From: Felis catus
Lineage: Eukaryota
Reading direction: 5' to 3'
Length of the DNA stretch: 64,000 nucleotides
NCBI RefSeq assembly: GCF_018350175.1
Contig: NC_058368.1
Coordinates: 187,800,001-187,864,000 of the forward strand
In this document: positions 1 through 13,236 of the stretch, piece by piece
Layout: every line of letters begins with the position of its first letter
Numbering within the stretch: position 1 is the first letter of the stretch
Notes under the pieces: model-generated
Database searches by the model: none
What the model was told of the DNA's origin: nothing
The model's input: only the letters and a program-made list of their open reading frames with translations
Position numbers and translations under genes: made by a program

Positions 1-11
1 TCATATATGCA

Positions 12-229
12 GGGGAGCCTGGGTGGCTCAGTCAGTTAAGCGATTGACTCTTGATTTCGGCTCAGGTCGCAATCTCATGGTAGGTGAGATCAAGCCCCAC
101 ATCCGGCCCTTCACTGACAGTGCAGAGCCTGCTTGGGATTCTCTCTCTCTCCTCTCTCTGCCCCTCCCCCCTGCTCTCATGCATGCACGTGCTCTCTCTC
201 AAATAAATAAACTTAAAAAAATAATAAAA
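12..229 (+). mobile_element. Can-SINE (SINEC_Fc-like)
   Basis: GGGG..CCTGGGTGGCTCAGTC head, CT tract, A tail; TSD tcatatatg at 1-9 and 230-238. Confidence 0.92.
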
Positions 230-900
230 TCATATATGTAAAGAATGGACAAAGGAGATCTGGTGGCAGCCAATACCCCTAAGAGCAGGTGCTCTATTTT
301 CCCTCGATGCAAGGAATAAAACACTAATTATGACAAGAGAACTGGGGAGGCCAGGCTTACTTATGTTCTGCCTGTGCACTGGGGTTTCAGGATATCAGTG
401 GTTTAGCAGCTGCTGGAACAGGTCATCAGTCAAGAGACCAAATGCAAATGCCTCCCACCCCGAAATTCCTGCCTTGTGAAGACAAAGGACTTCAGACAGT
501 CTCGGGGAAGGGCTCACCCAGGGGGACCACCAGCAGCTCATGCTAAGGGTGTGGAGCCTTTTTCTAGAGATTTACAAGCTGGTGGTTTCAGGCTCACAGG
601 AGCTGCAGTTTTGGCCTCCCCAAGCTTCCCCCTCCAACTCTATAGCAAAATCAATCCCAGTGTCACCTCAGCTGTGAAAGGGTCTCTGACCAGACCATAG
701 GCAGGGTTGGTCTGCTTGCCTGCTCCTGCTTCCCTAGCTCGGCTTCCTCCCTTTATTAGAATACCGCTAGGAAAAAAGTGATAATAATGAAAATTTATTA
801 GACCCTGTCCTAAGAGGCTTTATAAAATGATCTCATTTAATTCTTTTTGCTGTGGTGGTGGTAGTAAAATATAACATAAAATTTACCATTTTATCTATTT

Positions 901-1998
901 TGTTTTTACTACTGAAACAATTTTATTTTATTTTATTTTTTTACTTTTTAAATTCAAGTATAATTAACATACAGTGTTATATTAGTTTCAGGTGCACAAT
1001 ATAATTCAACAATTTTAAACATTACTCAGTGCTCATCAGGATAAGTGTACTTTTAATCCCCTTCACCTATTTCACCGATCCCTCCATGCACTCTAAAAAC
1101 TACCAGTTTGTTCTCTATATTTAGGAGTCTGTTTTCTTTTTTTTTCTTTTTTCTTTTCTGGTTCGTATCCTTTTTTTGTTCATTTGTTTTGTTTCCTAAT
1201 TCCACGTATGAGTGAAATCATATGGTATTTATCTTTCTTTGTCTCATTTCACTTAGCATTACACCCTCTAGATCAATCCATGTTGTTACGAATTGCAAGA
1301 TCCCATTTTTTGTGACTAATATTCCATTGGGTGTGTGTATATATATATTTATTTATATCTATAAATTGTATCTATATGAATTATTATTATATATATAAAT
1401 TATATATCTATGGATGGATACTTGCATTGCTCCCATATCTTGACTATTGTAATAATGCTGCAATAAACATAGGGGTGCATATTTCTTTTCAAATTAGTGT
1501 TTTCATTTTCTTTGGGTAAATACCCAGCAGTGGAAATATTGGATCATATGGTAATTCTATTTTTAATTTTTTGAGGAACCTCTATGTTTTCTACAGGAAA
1601 ACCTGTTTTACACAGTGGCTGTGCCAATGTACATTCCCACCAACACAACACAAAGGTTCCTTTTTCTCCACATCCTTGCCAACCCTTGTTATTTCTTGTG
1701 TTTTTGGTTGTAACCATCTGACAGGTGTGAGGTGATATCTCATTGTTGTTTTGATTTGCAATTCCCTGATGATGGGTGATGTTGAGCATCTTTTCGTGTA
1801 TCTTTGGCCATCTATTTCTATGTCTTCTTTGGAAAAATATCTATTCGTGTCCTCTACCCATTTTTAATTGGATTATTTGTTTTTGTTTGTTTGTTTGTTT
1901 GTTTTTGGTGTTGATATGTGTAAGTTATTTATTTGGATATTAACCCTTTATCAGATACATCATTTGCAAATATCTTCTTTCATTTAGTAGGTTGTCCT
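901..1998 (-). mobile_element. Carnivore-type L1 3' fragment nested in an older L1
   Basis: T-rich tail and L1 3' UTR/ORF2-end motifs; flanking duplication ccatttta(t/a)ctattt at 886-900 and 1999-2013. Confidence 0.85.
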
Positions 1999-2420
1999 CC
2001 ATTTTAACTATTTTTAAGTGTACAATTCAGTAGCATTAGGTACATCCACATTTTGTGCAACCAGCCCTTGGCAAATATCATTCTACTGTCTGTCTCTGAA
2101 TTTGCCTATTCGAGGTATCTCGTGTAAGTAGAATCACAAAGTATTTGTCCTTTTGTGTCTGACTTATTTCACTTAACATGATGTTTTCAAGGTTCATTCA
2201 TGTTGCAGCATGTATGAAAATTTCATCCCTTTGTAAGGTTGAACAATATTCTACTGTATGTATATGCCACATTTTGTTTACCCAGTCACCCATTAATGGA
2301 CATTTGGAATGCATCCACTTTTTTGCTACTGTGAATAATGCTACTATGAGCATGGCTCTGCAAGTATCTGTTCAGTTCCATGCTTTCAATTCTTTTGGGT
2401 ATATACCCGGATGGAATTAC
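1999..2420 (-). mobile_element. Older L1M(A/B) 3' end; host of the previous element, which also extends left to ~865
   Basis: tttttaagtgtacaattcagtagcatt...ctttcaattcttttgggtatatacc. Confidence 0.8.
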
Positions 2421-2776
2421 TGGAAGATACCAGTATCATCTGCATTTTTCAGATGGGCAAACCAAGACTCAAAAGAATAAATATGCACAAGGCCAGGAAG
2501 TGGATGAAAAGCTATGACATCCTTTCTTTCTTGGAGCTTACAGTCTAGTGGGGAGAAGAAAGACATTAAATAGCTAATTACACAAAATATTTTTCAGTCA
2601 CAGTTGTGGCAAGTGCTGGGTCTTCTCTTGTTCTACCACAGCTGGTCACCAACCCCCTCACCTCTCCACAGCTCTCCAGTACCCCTTCTCTGATGCTCTC
2701 TGTGGCTGCCACCATCAACAGCCTCCCCAGTGCTCTCCCAGCTTCCAAGCACCTCAAGCCCATTTCCTACCTGGCA

Positions 2777-2845
2777 GAAGGAAGGAAGGAAGGAAGGAAG
2801 GGAGGAAGGAAGGAAGGAAGGAAGGAAGGAAGGAAGGAAGGAAGG
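2777..2845 (+). repeat. (GGAA)n microsatellite
   Basis: Seen directly. Confidence 0.97.
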
Positions 2846-3023
2846 CCTTTCTAAAGTGCCAATCTAAACCTGCCATTGAATCCATTAAGATTCTTCAGTG
2901 TCTTCCTGAGGTCCTCCAACTTGGCTTATCAATTCCTGAGTGTTCCTGCTCACCTTCCCCTCTCCTTCCTGACAGTAAGAATGAAGATCAGATCAAGATC
3001 AGATCTCCAGTGTAGCCCCAACC

Positions 3024-3245
3024 CAGGATTTCTCCACCTTGACACTACTGACATTTGGGGTAGGATCATTCTTTGTTGTAGGGACCTGTCCTGTACATTG
3101 TAGGATGTTGAGCAGCATCCCTGGTCTCTCTCCACTAGACTCCAGTAGCACCTCCTTCCTCCAGTTATGACAATCAAAAATGTCTCCAGACATTGCCAGA
3201 GGTCCCCTGGGACACAAAGTTCACCCCACACCTGTCCATTGTGGT
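3024..3245 (-). mobile_element. MER20 (hAT-Charlie) DNA transposon fossil
   Basis: Reverse complement matches remembered MER20 consensus (GGCAATGTCTGGAGACATTTTTG..., GGGATGCTGCT..ACATCCTACAATG). Confidence 0.85.
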
Positions 3246-3354
3246 TGTGGAAGCTTTTACCCACCTAGCAAACTCATATAGATACCTCTTCAGGTATCTC
3301 TCCTGAATGCTCCCATCAAGCTATATCTTGTATGCCCCCCACCACCCCACCCCA

Positions 3355-3485
3355 GACTATGAACATCCTGAGGGTAAGGACCGTGTCTAATCCATCTTGG
3401 TATCCCCAGCACCCAGCTCAGTACCTGGCTTTATCTATAATGAACCCAATAAAAATGTGTTGGATGAAAGAGTGAGTAAATGAAA
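3355..3485 (+). mobile_element. L2 3' end fragment
   Basis: cctgagggtaaggaccgtgtc...tatccccagcacccagc...tgttggatgaa. Confidence 0.6.
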
Positions 3486-3751
3486 TATGAGCTGCCCATC
3501 TCTCCTGACAAACAATGATTTCCTTTTGAGGAAAACAATCCATCTCTGGGTCTCCAGTAGCCCCAGGAGAGCTTGCACTTGGGTAGATATTTTTGTTAAC
3601 ATCCACGTTTAGATATGCCTTATCATAACTTGCCATCACTAACTATTGACAGATGTGTTGCTAAGGGAAACAAAGGTGTTTGGGGGATGCTCTAACTTTT
3701 GAAGTTGAGAACAAAGGGACAGCATGGGTAGGGCATGGGTAGGGCCCAGGG

Positions 3752-3920
3752 CAGTGCCACCCAACAGAATTTTCCATGATAATGGAACTGTTGTATTAAC
3801 CTATACTCTTCAAGTACGGTAGCCACCAGCCACTTGTGGCTATTGAGCACTTGAAATGTGGCAAGTGCAAATTAAGAACTAAATTCTTTGTTTTATTTAA
3901 CTCTGATTAAATCTAAATCT
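3752..3920. mobile_element. MER3-like hAT fossil
   Basis: gtagccaccagccacttgtggctattgagcacttgaaatgtggc. Confidence 0.7.
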
Positions 3921-4149
3921 GGACAGGTCTAGAGCATTAGTTTCAGAGTCAAGGTGCTTGGATTCCAGTCCTGCCTCTGACTTTAACTCATCTGTGTGGC
4001 CTTGGACGACTGCCTTTCCTTCTCTGTAAAATGAAGAATTAAGATTAGGATAGAGATGACAAAGATGTTTCCTCTGGCATGCCAGCCCTTGTGGATTGCT
4101 GATGGCTGGCTGGAGCACAGTCTGGAGGAGAATTCTGAAGGCCTGTATT

Positions 4150-4541
4150 GCCCAGAAGGAAGAGTACACTATCTCATGAGCTCATGTGATGCATCCTGAG
4201 GGGGTGCTGCAAGCCTATGGTTCCAGGACTGAACTGTTCTTTCGCTCAGCTCCTGGGAGTGCTGGAGTGTTGTTGGGGCCAACTCAGCTGAGCCCCTTTC
4301 CAGGACTGGCCCTTGGCTGAACAAGTGCCACCCCATTGGCTAATGTGGGGGTCCACAATAAGAGACAGCTCTGCATAGGTCATTCTGGCTCCTGAGCTCC
4401 ATCCTAATTCAACTTCTCCCCTGCCCCATCCTGCTTTGCTCCCTCCCCACAGCTGCTGTTCCTGACAGCATCTTCAGTAAATCTCCTGCATGCAAATGTC
4501 TGTCTCAGAGTCTACTTCCCTGAGAACCCAGGTTGAAGACA
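4150..4541 (+). mobile_element. LTR16-like ERVL solo LTR
   Basis: 3' end taaatctcctgcatgcaaat...ctcagagtctacttccctgagaaccca...gaca; 5' boundary uncertain. Confidence 0.65.
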
Positions 4542-5089
4542 GCATGGTGGTGGTGAGGGTGGAAGCTAGGGTTTGGTGGTTCTTGGGCCATGAATTTGCC
4601 ATCTAGGGTCTAGGGAGGTTACAAACCAAGTTTCTCACAGTGGCCTCTTGTACCTATACCAAATGACAAAAAACAGCCCAGCTACAGCCCTGCTTCTAAG
4701 AAACTATATTCCCACCTGAATCCAATATCTGATGCCTGTTGTCATTAAGCAGAGGCCAAGAATGAAAACCAAGAGGAAAGCCCACGGTTCACTCACTCTG
4801 ATGGTTCTCTGATGGTTCTACCTCACCCAGAAGACTGGGAGGCTTCTCTGAGTTCCCTGACATGTCAGCAGGCCCCAGGGAGCTTTGGGAGGGCAGAGAA
4901 CAATCTGACAATGGCAGAAAAGACAGGCCTGGGAGGAGGGCATGCTAGGTGACACAAGTCAGAAGCCACTTGTCATGCAGCTGTCTGGGATGGGGAGAGT
5001 AGCACTAGCAGGCTAGAAGTCAAGTGTCTGGGTGTGCACATACGCTGAGTGTGTCTGTTAATGTTTATGTTAGTGTTATGTTTATGTTA

Positions 5090-5275
5090 AGGTACAGTAC
5101 AAGCATTATCTAATTTAATTTGTACGACCCCTTATTTATTAGAGACTCTGATCCCATTTTATAGAGAAAAGTAAACTCAAGTTCAAAGAGAACTAATTCA
5201 CCTAAGATTGCATCACTAGTAAGTGGCATGGCTGGGATTCAAACCCAGGACTTTCTGATTCTAATGTCCATGTCC
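5090..5275 (-). mobile_element. MIR
   Basis: cccattttatag...agtaagtggcatggctgggattcaaacccagg. Confidence 0.7.
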
Positions 5276-6384
5276 CTCCCTTTCCTACACTCCCATGCCT
5301 CACTTCTGATGTGATCACAAACCTAAGCATTCAAACTCATCAGAATATCAGAGCTGGATAGGCCCTTAGAAGTGACCCAGTTCAGGCCATGGCTAGTAGG
5401 TGCCAAACTATGTGCCACCCCTGATCCATTGGTGGTAGTTATTGGTGGTGGTGAATACTGTGTTGAAAAGGATTCTGAGACTGATTCCCAAGAGGGCCAT
5501 GATGGATGAGTGACGTCCACCATGGCAGGGGTATGTATGGCAGAATGTAGATCTGGTCTTAGTTATCCCAGAACACTGGCCCAATCCCCTCACTTCACAA
5601 ATGGAGAAACTAGGACCTCCCAAAGTGGTAGGACTTAAGTAAGATACAGGGTTAGTCAATGGCAGAACCAGGGCCAGAATTTGGGCAACCAATTCTCCCC
5701 ATTGTCTTCTGAGGTCAGTCTGCTTTTTGTGCCCCCGGCCTCAGATCCCGGCAAAGGAGCTGCTTGCTGTACCTAAGCTCAGAAAAACGCACTTCTGGTG
5801 GCATTCAATTCGGTGGTGAGCCTTCAGAGGTCAGGGATCTCAGGGTACCCAGTTCTACATGCACTATTGGACTAGGATTAGACTCCTGATAGGGAAAGCC
5901 ATGAACTCACACAGAGCTGTTCAAAAGGGCCCACTGGGACTGAACAGACGTCACAGCCTGACCAACTCTCCCCCTAAGCTTTACCCCTCGGGGCTATTTC
6001 TCATTTGTCAACCAGCTTGTTGGAGAATGAGGGGAATTCCCAGGCATTTGAACAAAACCAATGTGTTTAGTCCATGGCACAGACTTTGAGAAAATGTTTG
6101 GCTTTATATTCTGGTTTTCTCTGCAACTGCTGATTTTTACTTCATTGTTGTCCCAGGGGGAAGTAATTTCACTACCTCCCTCCCTCCCTCCCACCCGACA
6201 GAGAAAGGGAAAGATGCCATAAAGACATTTCACAACTCAGTGCCCACTGACTAGAGCAAGAAAACAGATCATTCAATCAGAAAAAGCATTGGTTGAAGCT
6301 GAGTTAGCAATGGAAGAAATTCCTATCATAGTGCCTGTGGGAGCTCGGAGGAGTCTGCTGAATGCATGCATAAATCAATCAATC

Positions 6385-6905
6385 AAAGGCCACCTCCTCA
6401 AAGAAGCCTTGCTTGGCAATCCTATTTAAAGTACCTCACCGGGGCACCTGGGTGGCTCAGTCAGTTAGGTATCTGACTCTCGGTTTCAGCTCAGGTCATG
6501 GTCTCCCATGAGTTTGAGCCCCGCATCAGCTACTGATAGTGCAGAGCCTGCTTGAGATTCTCTGTCTCCCTCTCTCTCTCTCTGTCCCTCCCCCACTCAC
6601 ACGCACTCTCTCTCCCTCTCAAAGATAAATAAATAAGCATTTAAAAATAAAGAAATAAAATAGCTCACTTCCTCTTTATCCCAGTCACTTTCTATCTTAA
6701 AACTCCCATTAATTTCTTTATAGCATGTATCAATATCTCTAAAATTTATTTGTTTATATTCTGCCTTTCTTCATTAGAATATAAGCCTTCCAAGGTCAGG
6801 GCCCTTGTCTACCTTATAAAGCACTGTATCCTCAGTGGCCAGAACAGTGCCTGGCACATGGTAGGTTTTTAATAAATATTTGTTGAAGGTCTGACTGAAT
6901 AAGGA
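6385..6905 (+). mobile_element. L2 3' fragment interrupted by a Can-SINE
   Basis: cacctcctcaaagaagcctt ... agaacagtgcctggcacatggtagg...aataaatatttgttgaa. Confidence 0.7.
6441..6660 (+). mobile_element. Can-SINE
   Basis: GGGGCACCTGGGTGGCTCAG head, CT tract, A tail. Confidence 0.92.
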
Positions 6906-6944
6906 ACTAAGTCCCTGAGAAGCCATGTGGTAACACATACCTCC

Positions 6945-7635
6945 TTATTATTTTTTATAACAGCTCTATTGAGATATAATTCAAGTACCACTTATCCATT
7001 TAAAGTATACAGGTTAGTGCTTTTTAGTATATTCATAGAGCTATGTGACTATCACCAAAATCAATTTTAGAATATTTTCATCTTAGAAAGAAACCTCAAC
7101 TCATTAGCAGTTACTAGCCTTTTTCCCCCAACCCCCCCCCCCCCCCCCCCAGACCTAGGTAACCATTGATCTGCTTTGTCTCTATGCATTTGCCTATTCT
7201 GGACATTTCATATAAATGAAGCCTTTCTATATGTGGTCCTTTGTGACTAACTTCTTTCAGTCAGCATAATGTGTTCAAGGTCCATCCAGGTTATAGCATG
7301 TATGAGTACTTTATGTATGAATGTGTGAATGTATATATGTTAAATTCCAAGATAGTTAACATACAGTGTTATATTAATTTCAGGTGTATAATACGGTGAT
7401 TCAACAATTCCATACATCACTCACTGCTCATCAAAGAGCAGTGCCCTCTTTAATCCCCATCACCTATTTCATCTATCCCCCAACCCACCTCCCCACTGGT
7501 AACCATCAGTGTGTTCTCTATCTATGGTTAAGTGCTAGCATCTTGATTTGTCTCTTTTTATTTCCTTTGCTCATTTTTTTGTTTGTTTCTTAAGTTCCAC
7601 ATATGAGTGAAATCACATGGTATTTATCTTTCTTT
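6945..7635 (-). mobile_element. Two adjacent L1 3' fragments (L1M-type, then carnivore-type)
   Basis: ttgagatataattc...; atacagtgttatatta...caggtgta...ccacatatgagtgaaatc. Confidence 0.75.
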
Positions 7636-7636
7636 G

Positions 7637-7888
7637 ATGAGAGAGAGCACAAACAGGAGAAGGGCAGAGAGAGAGGGAGACACAGAATCCGAAGCAGGCT
7701 CGAGGCTCTGAGCTGTCAGCACAGACCCTGATGCAGGGCTTAAACTCAAGAACCGTGAGATCATAACCTGAGCTGAAGTCAGACGCTTAACCGGCTGAGC
7801 TACCTAGGCGCCCCAGTCTGTTTTTTCTTTTTTTAAGTTTATTTATTTATTTTGAGAGAGACAGAGACAGAGCAAGTTGGGGAGTGGC

Positions 7889-7919
<31 letters not shown>

Positions 7920-8042
7920 CAGAGAATCCCAAGGAGGCTCCGAACTTGCAATGCGGGGCTCGAACCCACAAAACCGTGAGATCATGTCCTGAGCCAAAAC
8001 CAAGAGTTGGATGCTTAGCCGACTGAGACTCCCAGGCGCCCT
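7637..8042 (-). mobile_element. Two tandem antisense Can-SINEs (7637-7814, 7820-8042)
   Basis: Both end in ...ctgag...aggcgccc. Confidence 0.9.
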
Positions 8043-8047
8043 GACCC

Positions 8048-8716
<669 letters not shown>

Positions 8717-8724
8717 TGAAAAGT

Positions 8725-10146
8725 CAAGCAGAGATTCATAGGTTAAAAAATGAACTTCATTGTAAACCTCATAGCTTATACCAAAGTTAAATCAAAATGG
8801 GTCATAGACTTAACTGTAAAATGTAAAACCATAAAACTTTTAGAACAAAAATAGGTGAGAATTCAGTATCTAGGGTGAGACAAGGAGTTCTTAGACTTGA
8901 CATAAAAAAAAGTGTGATTCATGGGGTGCCTGCTGGCTCAGTCAGTAGAGAATGTGACTCTTGATCTCAGGGTTGTGAGTTCTAGTTCCATGTTGGATGT
9001 AGAGATTATTTACAAATAAAACTTTAGGAAAAAGAAAAGCATGATTCATAATAAGAAAAACTGGCACATTAGATCTCATTAGAATATAAAACTTCTGCTA
9101 TATAAAAGCCCATGTGAAGACAATGAAAAGACAAAATACCCAGTAGAAGAAAATATTTGCAACCATGTATCTGACAAAGGACTAATACCTAAAATATAGA
9201 AGGAACTCTCAAACTCAGTAGTGAAAAAATAAGCAATCCGCCAATGAGAATAGAGGTAAAAGCCATAAAGAAAAATCTCATCAAAAGTATATACAAGGGG
9301 ACAAGTACATTTCATATTTAACATCATTAACTATTAAGAAATGCAAATTGAAATTGCTATGAGATGTCACTACACACCTATCAGAATGGCTACAATAAAA
9401 ACTAGTGATGACATCAGATACTGGTGAGGATACAGGGCATCCCGGTGACTCTTGCATTAGTGGTGGGAATGTAAATGGTATACTGACTGTGGAAAACAGT
9501 TTAGCAGATTCATAAAAATATAATAAAAACATTCAACTACCATATAACCCAGTGATAGCACTCCCAAACATTTATCCCTAAGAAATAAAACCTTTTGTTT
9601 ACACAAAAAGCCAATATACAAGTGCTCATGGCAACATTATCCGTAATAGACAAAAACTGGAATCAACCTAGATGTCCTTCAATGGGGTGAACAGTCAAAC
9701 AAACTGAAGTACAAACCCATCATGGAATACTATGTAATAACACAAAGGAATAAATTATTGATCCATGCAACAGCCTGGACGTATTCCAGGGAATTTAGGA
9801 GAAAAAAAAATCAATTCCAAAAGATTGCATGCTGCATGATTCTATTTATGTAACATTTTGAAATGATAAAATTTTAGAAATGGAGGACAAATGAATGGAG
9901 GGATGAAGAGGGGAGATGAAAAGGAGATGGGTGTGGTTACAACAGGGCAACACAAGGGAACCTTGTGGTGATGGAATGCTTTGCATCTTGACTGTGGTGT
10001 GGACACAGGAGTTTATACAAGTGATACACTGTATAGAGTTAATACACATACACAAAATAAGAGTACAAGTAAAACTGGGGAAATCTAAACAAAATGAGCA
10101 GATTGTGTCACCGTCAGTATCCTGATAGTGATATTATACTATAGTT
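8725..10146 (+). mobile_element. Old L1M (MC-like) ORF2 end and 3' UTR; contains a short Can-SINE at 8923-9040 and resumes at 11333-11450
   Basis: Decayed ORF2 3' motifs (gaaaatatttgcaa, gaaatgcaaattgaaa, ggtgggaatgtaaatggta). Confidence 0.85.
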
Positions 10147-11332
10147 TTTTTTTTTAATTGTGGTAAAACACATATAAAATTTACCAACTGGGGGTGCCTG
10201 GGTGGTTCAGTCAGTTAAGCATCTCACTCTTGATTTCGGCACAGGTCATGATCTCATGGTTCCTGAGTTCGAGCCCCTCATAGGACTCTGCACTGACAGT
10301 ATGGAGTCAGCTTGGGATTCTCTCTTCCTCTCTCCCTCAGCCTCCCCTGCTCTCTCTCTCTCTCTCAAAATAAATAGGGGCACCTGGGTGGCTCAGTTAG
10401 TTGAGCGTCCAACTCTTGATTTCGGCTCAAGTCACTGTCTTGTGGTTCGTGGGTTTGAGCCCTGCATCAGGCTCTGCGCTGACAGCGTGGACCCTGCTTG
10501 GGATTCTCTCTCTCTCCCTGTCTCTCTCTGCCCCTCCCCTGCTCTCTCTTTCTCTCTCTCTCTCAAAATAAATAAATTTCAAAAACTTAAAAAAATAAAT
10601 TTCTCAAAAATAAACTTAAAAAATAAATAGCTTTAAAAAATTTACTGTCTTAACCATGTTTAAGCTTACAGTTCAGTAGTGTTAAGTACATTCATTCACA
10701 CTGTTACACAACCAACCCCCAGAGCGCTTTGCATCTTGCTGAACCAAAATTCTGTACCTATTAAAGAATAACACCCTATGCCTCCTCTCCCCCAGCCCCT
10801 AGCAACCACCATTCTACTTTCTGTCTCTCTGAATTTGACTACTCTAGGAACCTCATATAAGTGGAATCGTATAGTATGTGTCTTTTTTGTGACTCTCTTA
10901 TTTCTTAGTATAATGCCCCCTTATTTTTAAGGCTGAATAATATTCCACTGTGTGTGGATGCCACATTTTGTTTATCCATCCATCCATCAGTGGACATTTG
11001 GATTGCTTCTACTTCTGGGCTATTGTGATTAATGTTGTTATGAACATGGGTGGTACTAATATCTCTTTAAGACCCTTTCAATAGACATCAACAGAAAGCA
11101 TCAATAGATAAGTAATTGCACATGCATGATTATTCAACAACAATTGTGAAAAGTGCCATAAAGGAAAATTACAGGCATGTAACATGGCTGGCCACAGAAA
11201 TAGCATTGAAGCTGGTGTCTGAAGAATAAGTAGGAGTCAAAGCAACAGGAGAAAAAAAATGACAGAAAAGGAAAAAACAAACAAGAGGGAAAATTCTTTT
11301 TGTGAGCTTTTCAATTTTGGGGGGTATATACC
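10147..11332 (-). mobile_element. L1MA/MB-type 3' fragment with TSD, inserted into the preceding L1
   Basis: TSD tatactatagtttt at 10135-10148 and 11333-11346. Confidence 0.8.
10190..10640 (+). mobile_element. Can-SINE with a second Can-SINE (10378-10619) inserted in its A tail
   Basis: Inner TSD aaaataaatag at 10367-10377 and 10620-10630. Confidence 0.9.
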
Positions 11333-11789
11333 TATACTATAGTTTTGTAACATGCTACCATTGAAGTGTACAAAGGATTTTTCTGTATTATTTCTTAACT
11401 GTATGTTAACCTACAGTTATCTCAATAGAAATTTGAATTTAAAAAAAACCAAGCAAATTGTTCTCATCGTGTCAGCCCCTATTCCACAACCTCATGATAT
11501 CTTTGCTTGATTCCAAAACCACATTCCCTCCACTTCCAGCTTCATGAAACCTTCCAGCCCAGCTCCTAGCCCACCTGAGGACTGTTCTGCCCACCTGGCT
11601 CCAATTCCAAGGGCTGTTAGCCTTCGTTTCATTTGTCTATATTTTATTTTTTCAGATAATTTCTGGAAGGTGTTTGATTTCTCCAAAGTGCTTGGCACAG
11701 GGACTTGTTATGATGACAACTCAGGAAAGCTTTGGGCTGGTTGCCAGAGCTTTTAGATCTTTGGCTGAGCCAGCCCTGCCTGCCCTTTA

Positions 11790-12180
11790 ACCTCACCTCA
11801 CAAACACTCTCACTCTGTGAGGCCACACCTGCCTTCTCCCAGTCCCTCCTGCCAAACACCTTCCCTCTGCAGGGCCTTTGCATATGTTGTTTCCACTAGC
11901 AGGAACACTTTTCCCCTCTTGTTTTAACTCCTACACATCCTTCTGAAACCAGCTTAAATGCCATTTCCTTGGCCAGTCATATTATATGCTTGTGATTTTC
12001 CTTTATGATGCTTCTCACAATTATAGTTCAATAATTATGCATATGCAATTACCTGTCTATTGATGCACTAGCCTGTAGGCCCCTTGAGGCCAGGGACTGT
12101 ACTTATCATGGTATCCTCAGTGTCTAGTCCAGTGTCTGCCACATGGAAGAAGCTCCATACATATTTGGTGATTGGCATTA
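11790..12180 (+). mobile_element. L2 3' fragment
   Basis: cagggcctttgcatatgttgtttcc...ccttgaggccagggactgt. Confidence 0.65.
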
Positions 12181-12256
12181 TTCATGAGAAGTGAAATGCT
12201 TGGACTAGGGGATCTGAAGGCATGTAATACACTGGGGGAAAGAAGACAATTATTGT

Positions 12257-12368
12257 GGGGCACCTGGCTGGCTCAGTTGGTGGAGCATGCGACTGTTGAT
12301 CTCAGGGTCATGAGTTCAATCCCTGCGTTGGGTGTAGTAATTACTTTAAAAAAGATGAAGAAGAAGAA
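12257..12368 (+). mobile_element. Short Can-SINE
   Basis: GGGGCACCTGGCTGGCTCAGTTGG head. Confidence 0.85.
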
Positions 12369-12718
12369 ACCAATAGTTGTACCCGAGAACTTGAGAACTG
12401 GGATGGAAAGAAGGCATACCTTTCCCTCTATTCTTCTGAGTGGTCTGAATTACTCATTACGTACATGCGTCCATTAGAAAAATGTTTTAATCAGAAAAGA
12501 AAAAGAAGAGGAAATCAGGAGGCCCGCCTATAAGGAGAGGATATTTGAATCTAGGTCCTTGTCTGAACTCTCTCTATACCCATCCTTCCGTTCTCACTGG
12601 CACTTGAGAGGGACTCCAGAAATAAGTGGTCCATTGCCCTAGTAGGCCAGGTTCTGCTAGTTGTCTTCATTGCCAAGCAGGAAGTTTACTCAAACAAAGA
12701 CACATGGGGAGTTACTTT

Positions 12719-12905
12719 GTTTTTTAAGTTTATTTATTTTGAGAGAGATCATGAGTGGGGAAGGGGCAGAGAGAGAGAGGGAAAGAAAATCCCAAGCAGG
12801 CTCCATGGAGCCTGATGTAGGTCTTGATCCCACAAACCTCGAGATCATGAACTGAGCTGAAATCTAGAGTCAGGCGCTTAACCTACGGAGCCACTCAGGC
12901 ACCCC
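12719..12905 (-). mobile_element. Can-SINE
   Basis: TSD ggggagttacttt on both sides. Confidence 0.9.
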
Positions 12906-13068
12906 GGGGAGTTACTTTTGATTCTGATGTTTCCTTATGCTCACACATGCCATAATAACCTGCTCCTCCCGAGACACTGTTCTTCCTAGTTTGTCATGGG
13001 TCCTCGTCAATATCAGGTCATCTGGAGTCCCAAACCTTCAGTCCTTTTAAAAACACTGACCTTTATCT

Positions 13069-13236
13069 AGAAAGAAAGGAAGGGAGGAAGGGAAGGAGGA
13101 AGAAGAAAAGGAAGGATGGAAGGAAGGACAGAATGAAGAAAGGAAGGAAGCAAGGAATGGAGAAAGGGAGGAAGGAATGGAAAAAGGGAGGGAGGGAGGA
13201 AGGAAGGAGGAAGGGAAGAAGAAAGAGAGAAAGAAG
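13069..13236 (+). repeat. Degenerate (GGAA/GGGA)n polypurine tract
   Basis: Seen directly. Confidence 0.9.

Noticed and set aside
12..100. tRNA-like A/B boxes
   Set aside because: tRNA-derived SINE heads, not tRNA genes
4791..4820. Short 10-13-bp tandem duplications (also ~3722 and ~53624)
   Set aside because: Ordinary slippage micro-duplications
7132..7150. Poly(C) runs (also ~55243 and ~56765)
   Set aside because: Simple homopolymer expansions, two of them inside repeats; no further structure
10202..10630. 142-aa ORF and similar MAQSVK/LTLDFGSG ORFs elsewhere
   Set aside because: Translations of Can-SINE sequence
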